Shown here one piece after another: positions 8,364 through 17,110 of a stretch of DNA of 23,842 bases (position 1 is its first letter; the number at the start of each line of letters is the position of its first letter). The stretch comes from Calditrichia bacterium. Its GTDB lineage: Bacteria > Calditrichota > Calditrichia > RBG-13-44-9. The notes below the pieces were generated by a model, which made no database searches, was not told where the DNA came from, and saw only the letters and a list, made by a program, of their open reading frames with translations. The stretch spans positions 1 to 23,842 of the forward strand of contig JARRQT010000125.1 of NCBI GenBank assembly GCA_037381445.1, written 5' to 3'. A program made the position numbers and the translations under genes.

Positions 8364-8398
8364 GTTGCAGGACAGTTGCAAATGCAACACTTTGCAAC
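8364..8398. promoter_or_regulatory. Candidate enhancer (UAS): nested GTTGCA/TGCAAC half-sites
   Basis: GTTGCA at 8364 and 8375, TGCAAC at 8383 and 8393; central palindrome GTTGCA-AA-TGCAAC; about 200 bp upstream of the -24/-12 site. Confidence 0.6.
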
Positions 8399-8407
8399 GC
8401 TGAGGGT

Positions 8408-9727
8408 TTACCTGATGCCGAGTCGCTTTATATTTCTCCAGACTGTCGTTCGATTCACTCCCAACTGTCTGGCCACCTCGGTCTGGTTCCAGTTATGGCG
8501 TTCCAACAACGAAATGAGTTGTCCCGCCTTCATTTCTGAAATCTGTAAGGGATTGGCATTATTAACCCCATCCTGCAATTCTCTCAGGTGAGGAGGCAAG
8601 CTGTCCAGAGTCAGCGACCTGTTCTTTTTCGAATGAATGCAGGCGAACTCGATGACATTTTCCAGTTCCCTGACATTTCCGGGCCATCGGTGCTTCATAA
8701 GCACTTGAAATGCATCTTCTTCAATATCACAGATGTTTTTCTGATACCGGGGTGCATATTTGCGGATGAAGTGCCTGGTCAGGTGCAGTAAATCCTCGTT
8801 CCTCTCACGCAGAGGCAGGATTTGTATGGGAATGACATTAAGCCGGTAATAAAGGTCCTCCCGGAATTTGCCGTTCCGGATGGCGTCGCTGAGATTGACG
8901 TTTGTGGCAGCGATAACTCTCACGTCCACCTTCCGTGTTTCAGATTCTCCAAGGCGCTCGAAGGTGCCATCCTGCAACACGCGAAGCAGCTGCGCCTGCA
9001 CTTCCAGCGGGACATCAGCGATTTCATCCAGAAAGATAGTTCCCTTATGGGCAAGTTCAAACCTTCCGGTGCGGTCATGTTTGGCATCGGTAAATGCTCC
9101 TTTAACATGTCCGAACAGTTCACTGGCCAGTAATTGGGAAGGAAGCACCGAGCAGTTCACTTTGACCAGGGGAGACTCGCGCCGGCTGTTGGTCTTATGA
9201 ATGGCACTGGCCACCATCTCCTTCCCGGTCCCGGTTTCACCCTGAATTAGCACGGTGGCATCACTATAGGAAATTTCGGAGATCATTTCAAATAGTTCCC
9301 GCATGCCTTTGCTTTTACCGATCATACCAAAAAACGAGTGGTTCTCACCTTCGGCCGGAAGAGCTTCTTCCCTCACCAGCGGCCGGAAAGATATCACCCC
9401 TCCTACCGGCTTTTCCTTCTCATCTCTGAGGATGGTCGCATTCAGGCGGATTGGAATGTTTTTTCCATTTCTGTTTATGAGTCTGGAATCGAAATCGAAA
9501 AGATCTTGCCTTGTCTTCAGGACATGAGCAATGGGGCATTCCGTTTCACAATAGGCATAGTGAAATACTTTTTGACATGACTTGCCGAATACCTCTTCAC
9601 GTTTGAAGCCTGTAATTTTTTCAGCTGCCAGATTGAAAAAGTCGATCCTGAAGTCGCGGTTTATCGTGACCACCCCTTCACTTAATGAATCTAATATGGC
9701 AGCACTGCAATTATTTGAAGAGTGCAT
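8408..9727 (-). CDS. PAS-domain sigma-54-dependent transcriptional activator (OrpR-like, PAS-AAA+-Fis HTH)
   Basis: PAS domain with C-X8-C-X3-C; Walker A GETGTGKE; ELFGHVKGAFTDA; Walker B IFLDEI; FREDLYYRLNV; WPGNVRELEN; HTH NQTEVARQLGVNRTTVWR. Start is the ATG at 9727 or the TTG at 9772. Confidence 0.93.
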   Translation of the reverse strand: MHSSNNCSAAILDSLSEGVVTINRDFRIDFFNLAAEKITGFKREEVFGKSCQKVFHYAYCETECPIAHVLKTRQDLFDFDSRLINRNGKNIPIRLNATILRDEKEKPVGGVISFRPLVREEALPAEGENHSFFGMIGKSKGMRELFEMISEISYSDATVLIQGETGTGKEMVASAIHKTNSRRESPLVKVNCSVLPSQLLASELFGHVKGAFTDAKHDRTGRFELAHKGTIFLDEIADVPLEVQAQLLRVLQDGTFERLGESETRKVDVRVIAATNVNLSDAIRNGKFREDLYYRLNVIPIQILPLRERNEDLLHLTRHFIRKYAPRYQKNICDIEEDAFQVLMKHRWPGNVRELENVIEFACIHSKKNRSLTLDSLPPHLRELQDGVNNANPLQISEMKAGQLISLLERHNWNQTEVARQLGVNRTTVWRNIKRLGIR

Positions 9728-10087
9728 AAGAGTCTTATCTTCCAAAATTAATGAATTTTGTTTCCCTTCCAATCATAGCTGTATTTTAAAAATTGCAGCC
9801 GGAGAATACCACAGAAATAAAATAAATTTATTCACAAGACGAGACAGCAAAGTTAAAAGCAAACAAAAGGAGTATGCTGCATTTCAGAGAGGTTTTGCAT
9901 TTGGTGTTCTCCCGGGAATGCGCCGTTTGCAGATGCGGGGGTGCTGCTGACCACCCGGAGGTATTCGGATGCGGCCTCATTTTCTTTTTATCTTACCCCG
10001 TAACAAAAAGCCTGCACAGGATCGTAAATATGTCCGTTCTAATGTTATTCCGTTCACTTGAAACCGTAACATGAGGAATGATAATTT

Positions 10088-10912
10088 ATGAAACCGGACT
10101 TGGTAACCAGACCTTTAACCGAGCCGGAAATTGAGGCGGCCAGGGATTTTGCTCCCCGGGAATGGAACCTCGATCTGGCAGCGTTTTTCCGTTTGCATTT
10201 TAATAAACCTTATTTTTACCCGCTTGCCGGAATTCTATACGGTGATCTCATTGGTCTGGGAAACGGAATTATTAACGACAAGGTGGGATGGCTGGGCAAT
10301 ATCATTGTGCTGCCCAGCTACCGGCGGCAGGGAATCGGCTATCGTTTAACGGAAAAACTGATGCGAATTTTGTCGGACAGGGGATGCACCACGCAGCTTT
10401 TGATTGCTACGGAAATGGGTGAACCGGTATACAGAAAACTTGGTTTTGTAACCTGCTCAACCTATGAATTTTATAAGCGGGAAAAAATCTTCGTATGTGA
10501 CACAAGCAGCCGTATCCGGAAAATACAACCGGTCGAGTTTCCCGGCATTCTGAAAATGGACAGAAACATCAGCGGGGAAAACAGGCAGTCGCTGCTGGAA
10601 CAATTCATCCCCTCCGGCTGGCTTTGCTCAAACGAAGCGGGAACCGGAATTGGTGGCTTTTATTTGCCTGCTTTCGGAAACGGACTGATCTTGGCTCAAA
10701 ACGCTGACTCGGGAATCCAATTATTGAAGTTCAGGTTGATGCGGGATAGAATGACTTCTGTGGTCATTCCCGCTCAAAATCAGGCCGCCCGGGATTTTCT
10801 GCGGGAGAACGGTTTTATCAAATATCTGGAGGTCCCGAGGATGGCGCTGGGACCGGAGCCGGCCTGGAAACGGGAAAACGTGTTCAACCGGGGCGCCGGC
10901 TATTGCGGATAA
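10088..10912 (+). CDS. GNAT family N-acetyltransferase (two-domain, YitH-like)
   Basis: Acetyl-CoA motif A, VLPSYRRQGIG; ATEMGEPVYRKLGF; a second degenerate GNAT domain. Confidence 0.9.
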   Translation: MKPDLVTRPLTEPEIEAARDFAPREWNLDLAAFFRLHFNKPYFYPLAGILYGDLIGLGNGIINDKVGWLGNIIVLPSYRRQGIGYRLTEKLMRILSDRGCTTQLLIATEMGEPVYRKLGFVTCSTYEFYKREKIFVCDTSSRIRKIQPVEFPGILKMDRNISGENRQSLLEQFIPSGWLCSNEAGTGIGGFYLPAFGNGLILAQNADSGIQLLKFRLMRDRMTSVVIPAQNQAARDFLRENGFIKYLEVPRMALGPEPAWKRENVFNRGAGYCG

Positions 10913-11051
10913 TAACAAATATCAATATTTTATGATGAAGAGAATGCTAAATCATTTTACTAAATTGATTACAGGAGAATCGGCCCGAAATTCCATTTCT
11001 AAATAAAGCTCAAAAGCGAAATACATCATACTTCCGGAAGGGAATAATTAT

Positions 11052-12339
11052 ATGGAACCTACTGACGGACACCAATCACCCCACAGGCAGCAGCCACTTT
11101 ATCCATCGATCCGCAAGATTTTTGCGTCATTTTTGCTGCTGCTCATTTTTATATTTTTTGGCGCGGCTTTGCCGGCAGAGACCGATACTCCGGAGAAGGT
11201 CATCACTGAAAAAATACACAGCGGTGAGGTGCGCTATTCCCTTACGGATCCCGGAGAGGTGGAGGCCTGGCTGGGAGCGCCCCGGGCGCAGTCGCAGTCC
11301 CGGGACGGCGGCATGGAATGGCTGCAATATGAATATCCCGGCGTAGTCATGCGTTTCGCAAGAATGTGGAGATGGAGCAAAATCTTCACTTTGCGCAGCC
11401 TTCAAATCAACGGAAACAGCATGGACATCGGCGGTCAGAAAAAAATCCGCTTGCGCAATGAAAATGACCTGCAAAAAATGGATAAATTCTCCGGGCTGGA
11501 AAACGTTTCACTGGCCTCAGTCGATTTGCGAAAAGACCGGGATATTTTGTTGAATATGCCGTTTGACAGCGATACCGAATGGCCGGCGGACTCCCTGCTG
11601 CCGGCGGATTTCGATCCCGCCCTGCTGCTGAAGGCTGCCCGGAACCCGGGCCTGGGCATCAGCGCGCTCCATGAGCAGGGGATGGATGGCCGGGGTGTGG
11701 GGATCGCCGTGATTGATCAGCCGCTGCTGCTGGGGCACACTGAATATACTTCGCGGATCATCCGCTACGATGCCAGCGGCCTGGGAAATATGCCGCCGCA
11801 AATGCACGGCTCTCCTATTGTTTCGATTGCGGTTGGTGAAACCATCGGCGTGGCCCCGGCCGCGGAACTAAGCTATTTCGCAATCCCCATGTGGAAGCGC
11901 GATGCCGGCCTTTTTGCCGAAGCACTGGACAGGATTATCGGGCTGAATACCCGGCTGCCGGAGGGAGAAAAAATCCGGGCGGTCAGCATTTCCACCGGTG
12001 AGTTTTCCCGCATGCCGAATTATGATCTGTGGCAGAAGAGCCTCCGGCTGGCGAGTCAAAACGGGATTTTCATCGCCACCTGCGATAAGGATTTCTTCTC
12101 CTACGGTATCATGTATCTGAAACCCGGCCATGATCCCGACCGTCCGGACAGTTACCGCATGTCGGAATTCCATTATGAAAATCCCCTGCTGTTGCTGCCC
12201 GGCGCGGGGCGCACATCCGGACCTCTCACCTGGAGAAATTATTCCGCTGCTGAAAGAGACCGCTGCAGCGACGGGTATCGGCCCGGTGGTAAATCCGGCC
12301 GTCTTCATCAGCCGCGTGAAGTCACTGAATAAAAAATAA
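11052..12339 (+). pseudogene. Secreted S8 (subtilisin-like) protease with an internal deletion and frameshift removing the catalytic Ser region
   Basis: Catalytic Asp (GIAVIDQP) and His (MHGSPIVSIAVG) are present. After LLLPGAGRT (about 12213) the S8-like C-terminus HPDLSPGEIIPLLKETA...VVNP continues in another frame to the stop at 12339. No G-x-S-x-A/x-P Ser motif was seen in either of these two frames. Confidence 0.78.
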
Positions 12340-12429
12340 TATTTTCCGGATAAAAGGGATTTCTCTGCTTAAATTGCGGCGACACCGGATGCATTTGATT
12401 TTTTGACAAACATTTTCAGCGAGGTAATC

Positions 12430-13317
12430 ATGACTGCTCAACCCCGTTATTACATCACCGATGTTTTTGCGGAACAGAAATATTCCGGAAACCAGCTTGC
12501 CACATTTGTCAATTGCGCTTCTTTTTCGGAAAAAGAGATGCAGCAGATCGCCAGGGAAATCCATTTTTCGGAAACAACATTTATTTTGTCAAATACGCCG
12601 GTAGAGGGCGGATATCCGGTGCGCATTTTTACCCCTGAAAAAGAGGTGGATTTTGCCGGTCATCCCACGCTGGGCACGGCATATGTCATCGCCCGCCATA
12701 TTCTCAAAAAACCGGCAGACAGGGTGGTGCTCAATCTGAAAGTAGGACAGATTCCCGTTTCATTTTCCGGCGGCCCGAAGCAGACGCTCCGGATGGACCA
12801 GAAAGAACCGCTCTTCGGCAAGACTTTCTCTGCGACCGCTTTGGCGGATGTATTATCATTGCCCCCCGAGTCATTCGACACCCGCTTTCCCGTACAGGAG
12901 GTTTCCACCGGTCTGCCACACATCATTGTGCCCTTGAAAAATCTGAAGGCGCTGAAAAGCATTTCGGTGGACAAAAAGAATTATTATCGGTTAATTGAAC
13001 AGGAAAAGGCAAAGTGCATCCTGGCCTTCAGCCCGGAATGCTATGCAGCCGACCGCCAGGTCAGCGTCCGCATGTTTGCCGATTATTTCGGCGTTCCGGA
13101 AGATCCCGCCACCGGTAGCGGCAACGGCTGTCTGGCGGGCTATCTGGTCAAACACCGTTATTTTCAGTCCCCGGATATTGACATCCTCAGTGAACAGGGC
13201 TACGAACTGGGCCGGCCTTCGCTGCTTTATCTTCGGGCCTCCGAAAAGTCAAGCATTATCACAGTTTCAGTGGGCGGCAAAGTAATTCCCCTGGCTGAAG
13301 GCGTTTGGGAGCAGTAA
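12430..13317 (+). CDS. PhzF family isomerase (phenazine biosynthesis-like protein)
   Basis: GAGGT RBS; DVFAEQKYSGNQLA, MQQIAREIHFSETTF, VRIFTPEKEVDFAGHPTLG, EDPATGS, EQGYELGRPS. Confidence 0.92.
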   Translation: MTAQPRYYITDVFAEQKYSGNQLATFVNCASFSEKEMQQIAREIHFSETTFILSNTPVEGGYPVRIFTPEKEVDFAGHPTLGTAYVIARHILKKPADRVVLNLKVGQIPVSFSGGPKQTLRMDQKEPLFGKTFSATALADVLSLPPESFDTRFPVQEVSTGLPHIIVPLKNLKALKSISVDKKNYYRLIEQEKAKCILAFSPECYAADRQVSVRMFADYFGVPEDPATGSGNGCLAGYLVKHRYFQSPDIDILSEQGYELGRPSLLYLRASEKSSIITVSVGGKVIPLAEGVWEQ

Positions 13318-13406
13318 ACCGCCATTTCTGGAAAACTAAATCGAATTTGTTGAAAGATCATCGGTTTCGCAGATCCTGTTCTATCACATGATTGAAGGAA
13401 AATAAA

Positions 13407-14042
13407 ATGCAGGAAATCAATCCCTGGCTCACCATTCCCGCTGCAGACTATGAGGGGCACATGAACAGTCCCCAGGTAGATCAGCTCTCCTTTCTCAGCC
13501 GGATATTCAGGGACGTCCTCGAAAAATACATGCCCCGCCATCTGGCGGTGATCGGCTGCACCACCGGCAACGGTTTCGAACATATTGATTTTTCAGTAAC
13601 CCGGCAGGTAACGGCCGTCGATATCAATCCCGAATACATCGAGGTTTTGCGCCATCGCTATTCCCGACATTTGGACCGCATCGAGACCATTTGCGCCGAT
13701 CTCATGGACTGCCACCCGGCGCAACATTCCTTCGACCTGGTCCACGGCGCCCTCATTTTTGAATATGTCGATCCTGCCCCTGCCCTGCACAGGATCGGGA
13801 AATGGCTGCTCCCCGGCGGCCGGCTCTCGGTAGTGTTGCAATTGGAATCCGCAAAACAGGGTCCTGTCTCGGAATCGGGATACCAGTCTGTAAAAAGCGT
13901 GGCCGGCATCATGCGGCTCATTCCTCCGGACCAATTCAGCGCCATTGCGGCGGCACAAAACTTTCGGCTGGAATCCGGGGAAACCGAAACATTACCCTCC
14001 GGCAAAGAATTCTTCAAGGGAATTTATTCATGCGGGGGATAA
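13407..14042 (+). CDS. Class I SAM-dependent methyltransferase
   Basis: GAAGGA RBS; glycine motif IGCTTGNG, VTAVDIN, ICADL, SFDLVHGALIFEYV, LLPGGRL. Confidence 0.85.
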   Translation: MQEINPWLTIPAADYEGHMNSPQVDQLSFLSRIFRDVLEKYMPRHLAVIGCTTGNGFEHIDFSVTRQVTAVDINPEYIEVLRHRYSRHLDRIETICADLMDCHPAQHSFDLVHGALIFEYVDPAPALHRIGKWLLPGGRLSVVLQLESAKQGPVSESGYQSVKSVAGIMRLIPPDQFSAIAAAQNFRLESGETETLPSGKEFFKGIYSCGG

Positions 14043-14138
14043 AAATTCCTGCCGCTTCCTCAAGTCAGCCTCATGCCGATTTTCAATGAACAAACATCTT
14101 CTTCCCAGTATTAATCCGTCAGAATTCATTCCCTTTCT

Positions 14139-14165
14139 TTCATAAAATCTTCATGATCTGTTCAT
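14139..14165 (+). promoter_or_regulatory. Three TTCAT direct repeats at 11-bp spacing (candidate response-regulator box)
   Basis: TTCAT at 14139, 14150 and 14161, upstream of the flavoprotein gene. Confidence 0.45.
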
Positions 14166-14259
14166 AGGTTGGATTGCTGCGTTTTCCGGCAGGCAACCAA
14201 AACGATCGCAATGCCAAGCGTGCGAGTGCAGCATCATCCATTCAAACGAGGAACAAATC

Positions 14260-15654
14260 ATGGCAGACAATTACGAAAGATATAAAGCAATCGTCATCGG
14301 CACCGGACAGGGAGGAAAACCGCTGGCCACGGCGCTGGCAAATGCGGGGTGGAAGACGGCCATCATCGAGCAATTGTATGTCGGCGGCTCCTGCATCAAT
14401 TACGGCTGCACGCCCACCAAAACCATGATCGCCAGCGCCCGGATCGCCCATCTGGCCCGCCGTGCCGCCGATTATGGCGTGCAAGTGCCATCGGTAAGGG
14501 TGGATATGACGGCGGTCCGGAAAAGAAAGGACGCTGTCGTAAAAAGCTGGCGGGAAAGCGGGCGTAAGGGCCTGGAACGGCTTGAGCATGCGGATCTTAT
14601 TTTCGGAAAAGCCCATTTTACGGGCCCGCACCGGGTGGAAGTGGTTTTGAATGAAGGGGGAACCCTGCGGCTGGAAGCGGATACCATCGTTATCAATGCC
14701 GGGGCAGAACCGGCGATACCCGATATTCCAGGACTCTCCGGAATTCAGGCCCTGGATTCCACCAGCATCATGGAGTTGGACGAAATCCCCGACCATCTGA
14801 TTGTCATCGGCGGGGGATATATCGGTCTGGAATTCGGACAGATGTTCCGGCGATTCGGCAGCCGGGTCAGCATCGTTCAGCGGGGCGGGCAGCTGCTCAG
14901 CCGTGAGGATGCCGATGTGGCGGAGGAAGTCAGAAAAATTCTGGAAGCTGACGGTATCGATGTCAATCTGAACAGCGAACCGCGCAGGGTGGAATATCTT
15001 TCCCAAAAAGAGTTCAGGATTACCCTTAGATCATCCGAAGGAGAAAAGAAACTGACCGGTTCCCATCTGCTGCTGGCGGTGGGAAGAAAACCCGCTACCG
15101 CGGAACTGAATCTCTCTGCAGCGGGTATCGAAACAGACAAGCGCGGATATATTCGGATAAACGACAAACTGGAAACCAGCGTCGGGGGCGTTTATGCCAT
15201 CGGCGACGTGAAGCCTGGCCCCGCCTTTACCCACATTTCGTATGACGATTTCCGGGTGCTGCGGACCAATCTGCTGGAAAACCGAAATGCAGATATCAGG
15301 GGCCGCCTGGTTCCCTATACGGTGTTTATTGATCCCCAACTGGGCCGGGTGGGGGTTACCGAAAAAGAGGCCGGAACACAGGGGAGAAATATCCGGGTGG
15401 CGAAGCTGCCTATGGCGCACGTGGCGCGGGCCATTGAAACCGGGGAGACCCGCGGCTTCATGAAAGCGGTGGTGGATGCGGGCAGCGGGCAGGTTCTCGG
15501 CTGCGCGATCCTGGGGGTGGAAGGCGGCGAAATTATGGCAATTCTGCAGATGGCCATGATGGGCAAAGTCCCCTACCCTGCAATAAAGGAAGCGATCTTC
15601 GCGCATCCCACACTTGCCGAATCTCTGAATAATCTGTTTTTTACGCTGGAGTGA
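14260..15654 (+). CDS. FAD-dependent pyridine nucleotide-disulfide oxidoreductase (RclA / 'mercuric reductase-like')
   Basis: GTGQGG FAD motif; redox disulfide [35 protein letters not shown]-terminal [12 protein letters not shown]. It has no HMA domain and no C-terminal Cys pair. Confidence 0.88.
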   Translation: MADNYERYKAIVIGTGQGGKPLATALANAGWKTAIIEQLYVGGSCINYGCTPTKTMIASARIAHLARRAADYGVQVPSVRVDMTAVRKRKDAVVKSWRESGRKGLERLEHADLIFGKAHFTGPHRVEVVLNEGGTLRLEADTIVINAGAEPAIPDIPGLSGIQALDSTSIMELDEIPDHLIVIGGGYIGLEFGQMFRRFGSRVSIVQRGGQLLSREDADVAEEVRKILEADGIDVNLNSEPRRVEYLSQKEFRITLRSSEGEKKLTGSHLLLAVGRKPATAELNLSAAGIETDKRGYIRINDKLETSVGGVYAIGDVKPGPAFTHISYDDFRVLRTNLLENRNADIRGRLVPYTVFIDPQLGRVGVTEKEAGTQGRNIRVAKLPMAHVARAIETGETRGFMKAVVDAGSGQVLGCAILGVEGGEIMAILQMAMMGKVPYPAIKEAIFAHPTLAESLNNLFFTLE

Positions 15655-15812
15655 GCCGTGAACAAAATGACCATCAATCCTCATCGAGGAACCGCCATGA
15701 AAAAATCGGGTATGAAAGGAAGCAAATTCGCCAATGTCAAAACAAGACACAGCCGCAGAACACTGTATTTTTCAATTGATTTTTTTAATTTTCCCGAATA
15801 AAGGAGGATTCC

Positions 15813-17099
15813 ATGCAACGAGCTGAACTTGTTCAATATTTCAACCGGGTGCGGAAGGCCTCGGAACAAATCTGCCACCCGCTGGAGAACGAGGATTATG
15901 TGGTGCAGCCGGTGGAGGATGTCAGCCCTCCAAAATGGCATCTCGGACACACCACCTGGTTTTATGAAGCAATGTTTCTGAACCAGTTGGTTCCCGATTA
16001 CCAGCCGTACCATCCACTGTATAGTTTCATATTCAATTCATACTATCACAGTTTCGGGGACCGCTGGGAACGCCCCCGCCGCGGTAACCTGTCACGTCCC
16101 ACCGTCAAAGATATCTATGATTATCGTTCGGCCGTCACGGAGCAGATGCTGGAACTGATCGAAAACATTGAGGAACCCAAATGGCCCGATTTCAGCAAAC
16201 TGCTGGTTCTAGCACTGAACCACGAGCAGCAGCACCAGGAACTGCTGGTAACGGACATTAAATATATTCTGGCCATGAATCCGCTCTACCCCGTCTATCG
16301 AAAATTATTTGGTAACGAAACCGCCGCGGAGCCGCCTGCTTCTGTAAAATCAAGTTTCATTGATTTTGAAGGCGGCGTCTATTCCATCGGTTATGACGGC
16401 AACGATTTTTGTTACGATAATGAACAACCGGTTCATAAAAAATATGTGGATGGATTCCGGCTGCAGAACCGGCTGGTCACCAATGCCGAATACCTCCAAT
16501 TCATGAACAACGGCGGCTATAAGGATTTCCGCTACTGGCTGTCCGACGGTCTGGATACCATTCTGAAAAATGGCTGGACCGCCCCGCTGCACTGGATCAA
16601 ACTGGATAATGACTGGTACGAAATGACGCTGAACGGTTTGCGCGAACTGGTTCCCGAAGCGCCGGTTTGCCATGTCAGCTATTACGAAGCGGAAGCGTAT
16701 GCGAAATGGGCCGGAAAAAGGCTGCCCACCGAAGAGGAGTGGGAAGTGGCGGCACGAACCCGCAGCGTCCGCCCCCAAGAGGGGAATTTCTGGAATGACA
16801 ATATTCATCATCCCCGGCCGGCTTCCCCGCCCAAGACCGGCGGCACTGACAAGCCGCTGCAGATGCTGGGCGATGTGTGGGAATGGACCAGCAGCGGTTA
16901 CCTGCCCTATCCCGGCTACCGTCAGGCGGAGGGCGCGCTGGGTGAATACAATGCGAAGTTCATGGTCAACCAGATGGTCCTCAGGGGCGGCTCTATCGCC
17001 ACCCCGCGGGACCATATCCGGATCACCTACCGCAATTTCTTTCAGCCGGATAAACGATGGCAGTTTATGGGGATCCGTCTCGCAGACAATATCAAGTAA
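15813..17099 (+). CDS. egtB: Ergothioneine biosynthesis sulfoxide synthase EgtB
   Basis: AGGAGG RBS; SPPKWHLGHTTWF; FNSYY; HEQQHQELL iron ligands; FGE-sulfatase-like C-terminal domain (RLPTEEEWE, GDVWEWT, GEYNAKFM, RNFF); adjacent egtD. Confidence 0.93.
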   Translation: MQRAELVQYFNRVRKASEQICHPLENEDYVVQPVEDVSPPKWHLGHTTWFYEAMFLNQLVPDYQPYHPLYSFIFNSYYHSFGDRWERPRRGNLSRPTVKDIYDYRSAVTEQMLELIENIEEPKWPDFSKLLVLALNHEQQHQELLVTDIKYILAMNPLYPVYRKLFGNETAAEPPASVKSSFIDFEGGVYSIGYDGNDFCYDNEQPVHKKYVDGFRLQNRLVTNAEYLQFMNNGGYKDFRYWLSDGLDTILKNGWTAPLHWIKLDNDWYEMTLNGLRELVPEAPVCHVSYYEAEAYAKWAGKRLPTEEEWEVAARTRSVRPQEGNFWNDNIHHPRPASPPKTGGTDKPLQMLGDVWEWTSSGYLPYPGYRQAEGALGEYNAKFMVNQMVLRGGSIATPRDHIRITYRNFFQPDKRWQFMGIRLADNIK

Positions 17100-17110
17100 A
17101 GGGGAATTCC

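Noticed and set aside
9874..10074. 66-aa Cys-containing ORF with AAGGAG upstream
   Set aside because: The SD is only about 1 nt from the ATG, there is no recognisable domain, and it lies in the divergent promoter region.
12195..12339. Programmed frameshift in the S8 protease
   Set aside because: There is no slippery heptamer, and a shift would not restore the missing catalytic Ser segment.
12430..13317. Phenazine biosynthetic cluster
   Set aside because: The PhzF-family gene stands alone, with no phzA/B/D/E/G; such homologs are widespread.
14260..15654. True mercuric reductase merA
   Set aside because: No N-terminal HMA domain, no C-terminal Cys-Cys pair and no mer operon genes nearby.
15813..17099. 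Selenoneine (senA) or ovothiol (ovoA) synthase
   Set aside because: No senB or senC neighbours, no fused C-terminal methyltransferase, and the motifs and egtD linkage fit EgtB.
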